Shown piece by piece: positions 9,265 to 19,258 of a DNA stretch of 64,000 nt. Origin of the DNA: Candidatus Latescibacterota bacterium (GTDB lineage Bacteria > Latescibacterota > UBA2968); assembly GCA_965198115.1 (NCBI GenBank), contig OZ240241.1, forward strand, positions 4,896,001 through 4,960,000. Direction: 5' to 3'. The notes under the pieces were generated by a model, which searched no databases, was not told where the DNA came from, and worked only from the letters and a program-made list of their open reading frames with translations. Made by a program: the position numbers and the translations under genes. Within the stretch, counting starts at the first letter, position 1. Each line of letters begins with the position of its first letter.

Positions 9265-10684
9265 GGCTATATCTGGATCTCTCAACGAGATGAAGTGGGT
9301 GAAGGTGCCGTGGTTCCTGGCATGGGGGCGCGGTTAGCGTGTGCGGAACCTCTTCGGAATCTGCTCAGGGATGTTTATGTCTCCGACGGTAAGGAAGATC
9401 ATATCGTTGAATGCGTCGAGTGTGCGGAATCCGCTGGCTCGGTTCTTGACGATTTGGACGATTCGGTTGAGGCCTTCGGCGATGGCGTTGGTAAGACGCG
9501 TGTTCACGAATGCGAGGACGCCGAAGAAGTGCTGTCGCAGGGTCCTGACGAACTTTCGCAGGGGTTCACGTCGACTTCTGAGTGCGGACGTCGTCCAGCA
9601 TTTCAGGAAGCGTTCGGCAGCCCAGGGCGCTTTGTATTCCCAGAACTGCTCGAACTCGTCCTTGAGTCTCCAGGCTCTATAGATTCGGTAGTTCGCCTTC
9701 TCCAGTGCTTTGAGTGTCCGAGTATCCCCTCTGGAGCGTGTCGCTGAGTGCCGGTAGAGGAGCCATCGGAGGCCCTTCATGGCTTTGCGCTCATCCGGGG
9801 CAGCTTTACGCCACTGGTCCTTACGGACCTCGTCAACGGCGGCATTGAGAGCCTTGACGATGTGAAAGCGATCGAGGACCAGCTTGGCATTCGGACAGTG
9901 TTCCTGGATGGCTCCGATGTAAGCTTCGCTCATGTCGCAGCAGGCCCACTCGATCTTGGATCTCTGGTAGGGACTGAGAGCCTCTGTGAAGAACCGATCG
10001 ATCGTTTTACGCGCCCTGCCGCGGCCAACCCACACCACGCAGGAGCGGTCCAGATCGTAAACGAGCGTGGCGTACCTGTGACGCTTGGCGTAGGAGATCT
10101 CGTCGATCCCGATGGTTTTGAGCCCTCGGATACGATGACCTTCACGAAGCCGCGTGATGGATCGGTGAAGGAGATCCGACAGCGTCGAGGCAGAGATGCG
10201 CAGCAACTCGGACGCCGCCTTCTGCGTCATGGTCTGGCAGTAGCGCAGCATGGCATACTCGAAGCGATACGTCACCCGAGAGAACCGCTCCGCCCACGGA
10301 ATCTCCTCGACCACACGACCGTGGGTAGGACACCGAATCTCCCGAGGATGGTAGAGAAGCCAGACCCTCCACCCGCACACCGGAATGTCACGCCACCGAC
10401 GCGGATGGGGCATTGTGCGGACGATTTTACCTCGACGGCCGCACTCCGGACAACAACAACCATTCTTATGTGGCTTTACGGCGATGACGAAACAGCTTCT
10501 CCCCTCAAACCACCAGCTGACAACACGGAACCCCTTGAATCTCAGCAGTTTCGATAGTAATCTGCTCCCGGTCATAGGTCGCACCCCCTTCGCTTTGATT
10601 GTCCTACACACACAACCAAGCGTAGGGAACGATCTATGACCTTGTCATTCTATAGTTTCACCGTTGAGAAACCCGGATAGAGCC
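9265..10684 (-). mobile_element. ISL3-family insertion sequence
   Basis: 23-bp imperfect inverted repeats (GGCTATATCTGGATCTCTCAACG vs GGCTCTATCCGGGTTTCTCAACG) and an 8-bp duplication TTATTTAT at 9257-64 and 10685-92. Confidence 0.92.
9334..10575 (-). CDS. ISL3 transposase
   Basis: CPECG zinc finger, IGIDEIS, CDMSEAY, DRFHIV, TNAIAEGLN. Confidence 0.93.
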   Translation of the reverse strand: MTGSRLLSKLLRFKGFRVVSWWFEGRSCFVIAVKPHKNGCCCPECGRRGKIVRTMPHPRRWRDIPVCGWRVWLLYHPREIRCPTHGRVVEEIPWAERFSRVTYRFEYAMLRYCQTMTQKAASELLRISASTLSDLLHRSITRLREGHRIRGLKTIGIDEISYAKRHRYATLVYDLDRSCVVWVGRGRARKTIDRFFTEALSPYQRSKIEWACCDMSEAYIGAIQEHCPNAKLVLDRFHIVKALNAAVDEVRKDQWRKAAPDERKAMKGLRWLLYRHSATRSRGDTRTLKALEKANYRIYRAWRLKDEFEQFWEYKAPWAAERFLKCWTTSALRSRREPLRKFVRTLRQHFFGVLAFVNTRLTNAIAEGLNRIVQIVKNRASGFRTLDAFNDMIFLTVGDINIPEQIPKRFRTR

Positions 10685-10704
10685 TTATTTATTCGCGAAC
10701 CCTA

Positions 10705-10722
10705 ACCACGAAATACACGAAA
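10705..10722 (+). repeat. 9-nt-period repeat variant (CACGAAAnn x2)
   Basis: ACCACGAAATACACGAAA lies directly beside the ISAzo13 insertion site. Confidence 0.5.
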
Positions 10723-10806
10723 GAACGACCACGAGATGACCAGGGAGACGGTCGACGCTGGCAGGTTGGCGAAGGTATGTGCGACAGACCTTAAACGAGG
10801 TTATCG

Positions 10807-13335
10807 ATGAAGTTACACTTTCTCGGTGGGGCGAATGAAGTCGGGGCGTCGTGTACACTGATCGAGATGGAGGGTCATCGCGTGCTCGTCGATGCGGGCA
10901 TTCGTATGGGCGCTCGCTCGGGTGAACACCTTCCCAACCTTTCGATCCTCGATGAGGTGGGGCCACCCGAGGAGGTTCTCGTCACGCACGCGCACACCGA
11001 TCACACGGGCGCGCTCCCGGTTGTGGCGGGCGCGCGCCCGGGCGGCGCAGCCATTCGCTGTACCGCGGCGACGAAAGCGATCACGAGGGTGCTGCTCTCG
11101 GATGCCGTGAAGATTATGGGGCTGCGCGAACAGGCAGAGGGTGAGCTGCCACTCTACCCGGCGGAGGCGGCAGATGGCGCGCTCGCAAGGATGAGGGACG
11201 TGTCGTGGCTGACGACGGTCCCAATCTGTAGCGGGGGTCTCTCGGCGACCTGGATCCCGTCCGGACACATTCTGGGTGCGGGAAGCATCTTCATCGAAGG
11301 CCAGAAGGAAAGCGTGTTGATGACGGGAGATGTGTCGGTGGCCAACCAGCGCACGATCCCGGGTATGGTCATCCCTCACTGTCGGCCGGATGTGGTCGTG
11401 ATGGAGTCGACCTACGGAAATCGCCAGCACGCCGATCGAGTCCAGCAGGAGGCCTCGCTCGCCACACGCGTGGCAGCCGTGGTTGAGGACGGTGGGAAGG
11501 TGCTGATTCCAGCGTTCGCGGTCGGTCGCGCGCAGGAGGTGATCCTAATCCTTTCACGGGCAATGCGGCGGGGGGAGATCCCGTCCTTTCCCGTGTTCGT
11601 CGACGGAATGGTCCGTTCTGTCAACGCCGTCTACGCGGCCTTCCAGGATGATCTGTCACCCGCGATTCGACGACAGGTCGCGCGGGGGGACGATCCATTC
11701 TACGGCGAGTGGGTGGGGGCGGTTTCGTCTTCAGGCGATCGTGAGAAAATACTCGCAGGGCCGCCCTGTTGTGTGGTCGCGAGTTCGGGAATGCTGATCG
11801 GAGGGGCGTCCAGTTACTATGCCGAGCGAATGGTCGAGGACCCGGACAACCTGATCGCGATCACGGGCTATCAGGACGAAGAGTCGCCCGGACGAGCGCT
11901 GTTGGACCTGGCGTCGACGGACGGCGATCGTGAGCTGGTGCTGAACGGAACACGGACGCCGGTGGCCTGCAAGGTTGAAACGTATTCGCTGTCCGCTCAC
12001 GCCGACGCGGGAGAGTTGACGGCCCTGGCCAGGCGGCTGGGGCCCGCGTCCGTCTACCTGGTTCACGGTGATTCTGAGGCGAGGAACGCGCTTGCGTCGC
12101 AGATCGACGCGGCGGTTCGGGACGGCGTCGTTCTGCCGGACAATGGGCTGGCCTACGAGGTCGAAACGCGGGAGGGACGATCGCGGGGTTACGGCCGGCG
12201 TGTGCCGCGGCAGGGCATTGCGGGCGGTCGACCGTTGGCCCTGGAAAACGTGGTCGAGATTCGTGCATATCTGGAAGAGACGGGTGGACGCGAACCCTTC
12301 CGAGTTCAGGAATTGGCAGAGGTCTGGTTCGGATCCTCGCTGAACGAAGAGGATGTTCACGCCGTCGGGTCGGTCTTGAAGGAGGGGCAGCACGCGTTCG
12401 TTCCTGATTCTCGACGTCCTTTTCTCTTTCGGTTTGCCCAGCAACCATCGCCGTCATCGGACGGCCGGATGGAAATGAACCAGGCTCGAGAGCGCATCGT
12501 GAGCTCTTTTCCCGACCAGGCGGGACTAATTCGGTGTAGTGCCCACGTCGATCAGGGGGTCTACGAGCTGGCCGTCCACTTCCCGGATTCGTTTCTGGAG
12601 ACGTATGCCGAGGCTCTGGCCCGGGTGGAAGAAGAAACGGGATGGCAGATTCGTGTGCGGAGCACGCCTCACCAGGGCCGTCTTTTCGAAGAGGCCTATC
12701 GTGTGTTGCCGGTTGGCGTGACGGCGCGAAAAGCACCCGCTCTTCGACTCGACTCGAAGGAAGTCGTTGTGGCCGTCGATCTGACGGTCGATGCGAGAGC
12801 CGCGTTCCCCGATTCGGCGAACACCGCATCCGAGGCCTTCGAGAGGACCACCGGATTCCGTCTGTCGCTGGTCGATCCGGTGTCGACGCAGGGAGGCCGA
12901 CCGGCGAAGGCGCCCTCAGGGGCTATGGAGATCAATCGTGCGTACGGCGTGATCAGGGAACGGTTCGGTGGACTGCCCCACCAGCCGTATCGCGTGGGAC
13001 TTAAGTCTGGAGATGGATCACCCTATATTGAGGCCGCCTTCATCAGCCGGGAGGTCGGTGAGCGGTATCGTGACCTGCTCGATGAGGTTCAGGGCGAGAT
13101 CGGCTACGAAATCCGGGTTAGGCCTTCGGCCAACCAGGAACAGATCGGAGCCGAAGCTCGGCGTGCGACGCCGGACGGCTGGGGCGTGCGAGGCGTACCC
13201 CAGATTCATACGGGCGAATCCCGGGTTGTGGTGCAGGTGATCCACGAACCCCCTGCGAGCGAAAGGGCATCGTTGTCTGCCTCGTTCGAATCGACCACGG
13301 GGTTCGCGATTTCGTGGGAAGTTACGGATCAGTGA
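10807..13335 (+). CDS. MBL-fold beta-CASP ribonuclease (CPSF73-like) with a long duplicated C-terminal extension
   Basis: LGGANEVGASC, THAHTDH, GHILGA, TGD, ESTYG, PAFAVGRAQE, SSGML, SAHAD and VHGD motifs are intact, followed by about 390 extra residues. Confidence 0.9.
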   Translation: MKLHFLGGANEVGASCTLIEMEGHRVLVDAGIRMGARSGEHLPNLSILDEVGPPEEVLVTHAHTDHTGALPVVAGARPGGAAIRCTAATKAITRVLLSDAVKIMGLREQAEGELPLYPAEAADGALARMRDVSWLTTVPICSGGLSATWIPSGHILGAGSIFIEGQKESVLMTGDVSVANQRTIPGMVIPHCRPDVVVMESTYGNRQHADRVQQEASLATRVAAVVEDGGKVLIPAFAVGRAQEVILILSRAMRRGEIPSFPVFVDGMVRSVNAVYAAFQDDLSPAIRRQVARGDDPFYGEWVGAVSSSGDREKILAGPPCCVVASSGMLIGGASSYYAERMVEDPDNLIAITGYQDEESPGRALLDLASTDGDRELVLNGTRTPVACKVETYSLSAHADAGELTALARRLGPASVYLVHGDSEARNALASQIDAAVRDGVVLPDNGLAYEVETREGRSRGYGRRVPRQGIAGGRPLALENVVEIRAYLEETGGREPFRVQELAEVWFGSSLNEEDVHAVGSVLKEGQHAFVPDSRRPFLFRFAQQPSPSSDGRMEMNQARERIVSSFPDQAGLIRCSAHVDQGVYELAVHFPDSFLETYAEALARVEEETGWQIRVRSTPHQGRLFEEAYRVLPVGVTARKAPALRLDSKEVVVAVDLTVDARAAFPDSANTASEAFERTTGFRLSLVDPVSTQGGRPAKAPSGAMEINRAYGVIRERFGGLPHQPYRVGLKSGDGSPYIEAAFISREVGERYRDLLDEVQGEIGYEIRVRPSANQEQIGAEARRATPDGWGVRGVPQIHTGESRVVVQVIHEPPASERASLSASFESTTGFAISWEVTDQ

Positions 13336-13354
13336 AGTCTACAGGAGGTCAACG

Positions 13355-14086
13355 ATGGCCGTAGGAATCGAGATCACGGAATCCGACGTTACGGTAAATG
13401 GCCAACCCGCTTTCTGCGCTTTTCCAACCGCGCCTGGCCGCTATCCCGCAGCGGTGATGTTGCACGACGTGTTCGGCCTTCGCGACCTGGCCAGAGATCA
13501 GGCTCGGCGTCTTGCCCGTCACGGTGTGGTCGCGCTCTACCTTCACGTCTTGAGGGGGACCGACGCGTTCGATCCTGTGACAGACCCGGAAGCGCGAGAA
13601 AAGTGTCGACCCTTCGTGCAGGCAGTGACCGTCGATCAGTGTATGGAGGACTTGTCTGAAGGTGTCCGGTTGTTGCGGTCGCGTGATGACGTCGATGGGG
13701 ACAGGGTATTGCTGTGGGGATATTGCTGGGGTGGGACGATGGTGCTGAGGGGTGCCAGTCGAGTCGCGGACATCGCGGGCGTTGTGGTCTGGCACGGTAT
13801 CCTCCGCGACGAGGAGCTGGGCACGGCCCCGGATATGAAGGGCCCGATCTTGGGGTTGTTCGGTGGTATCGATCATCTGATCCCGGTCTCTGAAGTCGAG
13901 GCGCTCGAGATGGCGTGCAACGAAGCCGGCATCGCGAACAACCTGCACGTTTACCCTGACGCGCCGCATTCCTTCTGCGATGATTCTCGTCCGGAAGGCT
14001 ACCGGAGAGACGCTTGCGAAGCGGCTTGGGGGGAGGTTGTGGCGTTTCTGCACGAGCTGAAGGCGGTTTCTGAAGCCGCTGGATGA
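13355..14086 (+). CDS. Dienelactone hydrolase family protein
   Basis: HDVFGL, GYCWGG nucleophile elbow, YPDAPHSF. Confidence 0.9.
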   Translation: MAVGIEITESDVTVNGQPAFCAFPTAPGRYPAAVMLHDVFGLRDLARDQARRLARHGVVALYLHVLRGTDAFDPVTDPEAREKCRPFVQAVTVDQCMEDLSEGVRLLRSRDDVDGDRVLLWGYCWGGTMVLRGASRVADIAGVVVWHGILRDEELGTAPDMKGPILGLFGGIDHLIPVSEVEALEMACNEAGIANNLHVYPDAPHSFCDDSRPEGYRRDACEAAWGEVVAFLHELKAVSEAAG

Positions 14087-14124
14087 TTGCACCGCTGGCA
14101 GACCAACGGAGTGGAGGAGGAGAA

Positions 14125-15150
14125 ATGGCACTCGAGTTACTTGCGGACAGCCCTGGGAGTGCGATCGTGGGCGAGGTCGAAGAGAGGTCACCCGATGAGG
14201 GCGAGATCCACGTTCGAAGTCTTTTCAGCGCGGTCAAGCACGGCACCGAGTTCAGGCGGTTTCAGTCGAAATCGAGCGACGCGACGGACCGATGGGATTG
14301 GGATCTTCGACTCCACGTACGCGGGGAAGAGGGAAGAGGCAGCTTTCCGTTTTCGTTGGGGAATATGGTCTACGGCGAAGTCGTGGAAGTGGGCAGCGGC
14401 GTGGAGACGTTCAGGGAAGGCGACCGGGTCTTCGCACACGCGAAGGTCCGCGACTCACATACGTCGAAGGCCGCGCAGTTCGAGATGGCCCCGGAGGGCG
14501 TATCACCGCAGGCACTCGTTTACTCGGATCCCGCCGGGGTGGCGGTCGGGGGCATTCGCGACGGCGGCGTTCGTGTCGGAGATCGTGTCGCGGTGTTCGG
14601 ATTGGGCGCGATCGGGCAGATGCAGGTGCAGGTTGCGCGCGCAGCGGGAGCACGATGGGTGGCCGCGATCGACCCGATCGAAAAGCGACGGAAATGCGCG
14701 GACCGTCACGGCGCGGACCTCGTGCTCGACCCGACACAGACGGACGTCGGTCTGACGATCAAGCAGGCGACAGGCGGGCTCGGTGTCGAGGGAAGTGGCT
14801 CGGCCCGTGCGCTGAACGACGCTTTGCGCGCGACGAGGTATCAGGGGACGGTCGTTTCGACGGCTTATTACGTCGGCGCGATGGACGGTCTCTACTTCTC
14901 GGGTGAATGGCATCGGAACCGTATCCGAATCGTCGCGAGCAGGTCCGACGGCGAACCGGCGCCGGATTATGGTTGGTCGGCAGAACGGATGGTGGACGAG
15001 GCGCTGAATCTCCTCGTCGAAGGCAAGCTACGTGTGGAGGGGCTCGTGGATCCGATCGTTCCGATGCGACAGGCCGCGACCGCCTATATGCAGATGAACA
15101 CGAATCCGGAAGAGGGGATCAAACTGGGCATCGACCACTCACTGGCCTGA
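14125..15150 (+). CDS. Medium-chain (MDR) alcohol/sugar dehydrogenase-like protein
   Basis: HGTE, GEVVEVGSGV...GDRV, VFGLGAIG Rossmann motif; ATG follows GGAGGAG. Confidence 0.85.
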   Translation: MALELLADSPGSAIVGEVEERSPDEGEIHVRSLFSAVKHGTEFRRFQSKSSDATDRWDWDLRLHVRGEEGRGSFPFSLGNMVYGEVVEVGSGVETFREGDRVFAHAKVRDSHTSKAAQFEMAPEGVSPQALVYSDPAGVAVGGIRDGGVRVGDRVAVFGLGAIGQMQVQVARAAGARWVAAIDPIEKRRKCADRHGADLVLDPTQTDVGLTIKQATGGLGVEGSGSARALNDALRATRYQGTVVSTAYYVGAMDGLYFSGEWHRNRIRIVASRSDGEPAPDYGWSAERMVDEALNLLVEGKLRVEGLVDPIVPMRQAATAYMQMNTNPEEGIKLGIDHSLA

Positions 15151-15155
15151 TTCGA

Positions 15156-17507
15156 ATGCGGGAGAATCCGACCTACCAGTTGCCACCGAAGGCGATCGTC
15201 GACCTGGTCGATGCCGAGCCGACGCCTTACCTCGCGCTCGATCCGACTCGAACGGTCATGGCTCTGATGCGTCGTCCGAGCCTGCCCACGATCGAGGATG
15301 TGTCGCGCGACGAGGCCCGTCTGGCGGGTCTTAGGATCGATCCGGCCACGAACGGTCCGAGCCGTGTGGACTATTTCACCGGTTACGCGCTCCGCGATCT
15401 GAGGAACCGATCGGACACGATCGTGGTAGGGATGCCACAAGGGGCCGGGCTGGGGCAGACCCATTTTTCGCCTGATGGATCTCGCATCGCGTTCACGTTG
15501 CGTGAGGAAGGGGGTCTCTCGTTGTGGACCGCTGCCGTGGCCGACGGACGGGCCCGACGATTGACCGATGCGGTGTTGAACGGGGTGTTCGGGTTGGCTT
15601 TCCAGTGGCGGTCGGATAGCCAGGCGCTGATCGTGCGTCTGATTCCCGAAAAGCGGTCCCCACCGACGGCGGCCTCGAACGTACCGTCAGGCCCCGTCGT
15701 TCAGGACAACGACGGACGGACGGCGCCGTCCCGCACTTACCAGGATCTGTTGAAAAACGAAACCGATGCGGCCTGGTTCGACTACTACGCGACGTCGCAG
15801 CTGGCTGTGGTTTCCGTCGACGGACGTATCGACCGTTTGGGCGAACCCAAGATCATCCTCCGGGCGACGCCCTCTCCCGATGGGGCCTACATCCTCGTCG
15901 AGTCGATCAATCGACCTTATTCCTACCTCGTTCCCTACTACCGTTTTCCCGAGACGATCGAGATTCTGACTGCCAAGGGGGATCCTGTTCGGACGATCGC
16001 AGATCTTCCGCTGGCTGAAGAGGTTCCGATCGCATTCGATGCTGTTCCTGTCGGACCTCGATCACACGAGTGGCGCGGTGACGCGGCTGCCGAAGTCGTG
16101 TGGGTGGAGGCTCAGGATGGCGGCGATCCTGCGACCGAGGCAGAGGTCAGAGACATCTCCTACGGAATACGGGCGCCGTTCGAGGAGGACGCCCACGAGT
16201 TGATGCGATTCGGGTTGCGGCAGATGGATTTCAACTGGGGCCGAGAGGACCTTGCGCTGGGTCGCGAACGATGGTGGAAGGACCGTCGGGTCAGAGTCTG
16301 GCGCTTCAGGCCGGGCGACACCCGTCAGGATCCAGAGCTCGTGTTCGATCGTTCCTACGAAGATCGATACGGCGATCCCGGGTCCCCGTTGCATCGGTCG
16401 TCGGCGACGGGCACGCGGCTTCTCTGGGCGAACGGGGAGACGCTGTATCTGGCTGGAGACGGAGCGTCACCGGAGGGGGATCGTCCCTTTCTCGACCGGT
16501 TCGATCTCGGATCGCATCAGTCTGAACGAATGATGCAGTGTGAACGCCCCGTGTTTGAGCGACCGATCCAGATCGTGGATGAGACCGGGCCCGTGGTTCT
16601 GGTCAGTCGGGAATCGGTCGATGAACCGACGAATTTTTTCCTTCGAGATCTCCGCGATGACGCGCTGTCGGAGATCACCGATTTCCCGCATCCCTATCCG
16701 GCTATCACGAACGCGACGAAGGAGCTGATCCGTTACGAGCGGGAAGATGGCGTTGGGCTGACCGCCACGTTGCACACGCCCCCCGGCTACACGACGGCAG
16801 ACGGACCGCTACCGACGATCCTCTGGGCCTATCCACGCGAGTTCAAGAGCGCGGATGCAGCGGGGCAGGTGAAGGACTCGCCCGATCGATTCGTCCGGAT
16901 CAGCCCGCACTCACCCCTCTATCTGTTGACCCAGGGGTATGCCGTGCTGGATGGCCCGACGATGCCGATCGTGGGAGAGGGGGATGAGGAGGCGAACGAT
17001 ACGTATGTGGAACAGCTGGTCGCGAGCGCTAAGGCGGCGACCGACGAGGTCGTGGATCGGGGTGTGGCGGACCGTGACAAGGTCGCTGCGGGCGGACACT
17101 CCTACGGTGGATTCATGACGGCGAACCTGCTCGCGCATACGGACTTTTTCAAGGCGGGCATCGCGAGGAGCGGCGCTTACAATCGAACGCTGACACCCTT
17201 CGGGTTCCAGGCAGAGGAGCGAACGATCTGGCAAGCGCCGGAGGTTTACACGACGATGTCGCCTTTCATGCACGCTGACCGAATCAAAGCGCCGCTGCTG
17301 TTGCTGCACGGGGAAGCCGACAACAATGCCGGGACGTTCCCGATGCAGAGCGAACGCTTCTTCAACGCGCTGAAGGGACACGGCGCGATCACTCGCCTTG
17401 TTATGTTGCCCCACGAGAGCCACGGCTACCGCGCCAGAGAATCGATTCTCCATATGCTGTATGAGATGACGCGCTGGCTGGATCTGTATGTGAAGAACCC
17501 TGCGTAG
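15156..17507 (+). CDS. S9 prolyl-oligopeptidase-family serine peptidase (glutamyl endopeptidase/CGEP-like)
   Basis: GGHSYGGFM, ARSGAYNRTLTPFGFQ, HGEADNN, PHESHGY catalytic triad motifs. Confidence 0.9.
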   Translation: MRENPTYQLPPKAIVDLVDAEPTPYLALDPTRTVMALMRRPSLPTIEDVSRDEARLAGLRIDPATNGPSRVDYFTGYALRDLRNRSDTIVVGMPQGAGLGQTHFSPDGSRIAFTLREEGGLSLWTAAVADGRARRLTDAVLNGVFGLAFQWRSDSQALIVRLIPEKRSPPTAASNVPSGPVVQDNDGRTAPSRTYQDLLKNETDAAWFDYYATSQLAVVSVDGRIDRLGEPKIILRATPSPDGAYILVESINRPYSYLVPYYRFPETIEILTAKGDPVRTIADLPLAEEVPIAFDAVPVGPRSHEWRGDAAAEVVWVEAQDGGDPATEAEVRDISYGIRAPFEEDAHELMRFGLRQMDFNWGREDLALGRERWWKDRRVRVWRFRPGDTRQDPELVFDRSYEDRYGDPGSPLHRSSATGTRLLWANGETLYLAGDGASPEGDRPFLDRFDLGSHQSERMMQCERPVFERPIQIVDETGPVVLVSRESVDEPTNFFLRDLRDDALSEITDFPHPYPAITNATKELIRYEREDGVGLTATLHTPPGYTTADGPLPTILWAYPREFKSADAAGQVKDSPDRFVRISPHSPLYLLTQGYAVLDGPTMPIVGEGDEEANDTYVEQLVASAKAATDEVVDRGVADRDKVAAGGHSYGGFMTANLLAHTDFFKAGIARSGAYNRTLTPFGFQAEERTIWQAPEVYTTMSPFMHADRIKAPLLLLHGEADNNAGTFPMQSERFFNALKGHGAITRLVMLPHESHGYRARESILHMLYEMTRWLDLYVKNPA

Positions 17508-17561
17508 TCTGCGCAACATCCTCCCGCCGCCTGTCAATCCTGACAATGTTCGGGTCGATGA

Positions 17562-17741
<180 letters not shown>

Positions 17742-17779
17742 AGGTATAGGACGCTATTTCCAGGCTAAATCGGCGCGGG

Positions 17780-17823
17780 ATAGAATATTTATGCTTGATA
17801 ATAGAATATATTCTACCTATTGT
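17780..17823 (+). promoter_or_regulatory. Sigma70-type promoter of the arg operon overlapped by tandem ARG-box-like sites
   Basis: TTGATA(17795)-17 nt-TATTGT(17818). ATAGAATAT repeats at a 21-bp period (17780, 17801), and the first copy reads GAAT-ATTT-ATGC like an ARG box. Confidence 0.65.
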
Positions 17824-17838
17824 TGGGGGCGAGGACTT

Positions 17839-18309
17839 ATGCCCGACAAGAGATTTCGACAGGAGAGGATTCTGGACGCCGTCCGCGAAGACGATGTGGG
17901 GACGCAAGATGCCTTGATCAAGGTTCTGGCGTCGGCCGGTGTTTCAACGACGCAATCGACGTTGTCCAAGGACCTCAAGGAACTCGGTATCGGAAAGGTG
18001 CCGGTTCCAGGTGGCTTCCGGTATGCGGTTCCGGCCAATGGGCCGATACGGCTCGAGGGCGAGGTGCTGCTGCACCGCGAGCTGACCGACTTTGTGATCG
18101 AGGTCGACGGGGCGGGGCACACGCTCGTGCTCAAGACCTTGACGGGCCACGCCCAGGGCGTCTGTGAGGCGATCGATCAGGTGGCGTGGCCCGACGTCGT
18201 GGGCACGTTGGCGGGTGAGAACACGATTTTTATTCTGTGTCGATCCGATGAAGCACTGACAGACGTTTCCGATCGGATCGCGCGCATCCAGACAGTGAGG
18301 TACGGATGA
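17839..18309 (+). CDS. argR: Arginine repressor
   Basis: RQERI, TQSTLSKDLKELG, KTLTGHA, GTLAGENTIF. Confidence 0.9.
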   Translation: MPDKRFRQERILDAVREDDVGTQDALIKVLASAGVSTTQSTLSKDLKELGIGKVPVPGGFRYAVPANGPIRLEGEVLLHRELTDFVIEVDGAGHTLVLKTLTGHAQGVCEAIDQVAWPDVVGTLAGENTIFILCRSDEALTDVSDRIARIQTVRYG

Positions 18310-19250
18310 TCGACGTCGCGCTCTATGGCGACACGGGAATGGTCGGGCAGGAGATCGAGAGGATTCTGACCGAGCACGACGTCGTCCAAATCGGCTACCG
18401 GCAGAATTCGCGTCGGAAAGAGGGCGATCTGGATGCGTGTGCGGTCGCGTTCCTTGCGACGAAGGATCCGGAGTCGATGGCGTTCGCCCCCGACATCGTG
18501 AACAGAGGGCCGCGCGTCATCGATATGAGCGGGGCCTTCCGCCTGCCCCAGGATCTGTTCGAGGCGGGCTACGGAATGACGCACACGTGTCCGGAACTGC
18601 TGAAAGAAGCGGTTTACGGGATGCCCGCTCTGTTCGCCGAAGAGATCGCGGAAGCGCGAGTCGTCGGCAACCCCGGATGCTATCCGACGAGCGTTATCCT
18701 CTCTCTGAGACCTTTGAAGGATCTGATCGCAGGTGATGCGACGGTGGTCGCCACTTCTGGGAACTCAGGTACGCGGGCGGAAGTGGAGGAGACACCGAAC
18801 GAAGTGACGTACAACTACGGTCGTCGACACAAGCATGTGCCGGAGATGGAAGTCTACACGGGAATGCGTATCAATTTCACACCGATCGTGCTGAAGTCGG
18901 TCTTCGCGGGTATCAACGCAAACATTCGTGTCGAGTTGAGCGACGAGCTTAAAGGCCTGTCGGACCACGACGCGACGCGACGGCTGATCGCCGCGTTGAG
19001 CGATGCCTATGAGGCTGCGGACCTCGTCGAAGTCGTCGAAGACACTGGCTATCACGCGTGGGGAACGCGAGACGTCGTCGGCACGCACAAGCTGGTGATC
19101 AAACCACGCGTGGACGAGGGTTTCGCCTACATCAATGCCTTGGAAGACAACCTGGGGAAGGGTGCGGCGAGCCAGAGTGTGGAAAACATGAATCTGATGG
19201 TGGGGTTCGATCGTCTTCGCGGGATCGACCCCGTCTATCGTACGACGTGA
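18306..19250 (+). CDS. argC: N-acetyl-gamma-glutamyl-phosphate reductase (short form)
   Basis: IDMSGAFRL, NPGCYPT, HKHVPEM, DNLGKGAA. Confidence 0.9.
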   Translation: MIDVALYGDTGMVGQEIERILTEHDVVQIGYRQNSRRKEGDLDACAVAFLATKDPESMAFAPDIVNRGPRVIDMSGAFRLPQDLFEAGYGMTHTCPELLKEAVYGMPALFAEEIAEARVVGNPGCYPTSVILSLRPLKDLIAGDATVVATSGNSGTRAEVEETPNEVTYNYGRRHKHVPEMEVYTGMRINFTPIVLKSVFAGINANIRVELSDELKGLSDHDATRRLIAALSDAYEAADLVEVVEDTGYHAWGTRDVVGTHKLVIKPRVDEGFAYINALEDNLGKGAASQSVENMNLMVGFDRLRGIDPVYRTT

Positions 19251-19258
19251 CGTTCACG

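Larger units (their letters stand above)
7980..10702 (+). mobile_element. ISAzo13-family insertion sequence, copy 1 (right end interrupted by ISL3)
   Basis: Ends GGGTTTG.../...CGAACCC, with a 3-bp TAA duplication at 7977-79 and 10703-05. Sequence matches copy 2 at 19706. Confidence 0.9.

Noticed and set aside
14780-14800. Apparent short in-frame deletion in the MDR gene (GLGV/EGSG)
   Set aside because: Without an alignment I cannot separate natural variation from assembly error.
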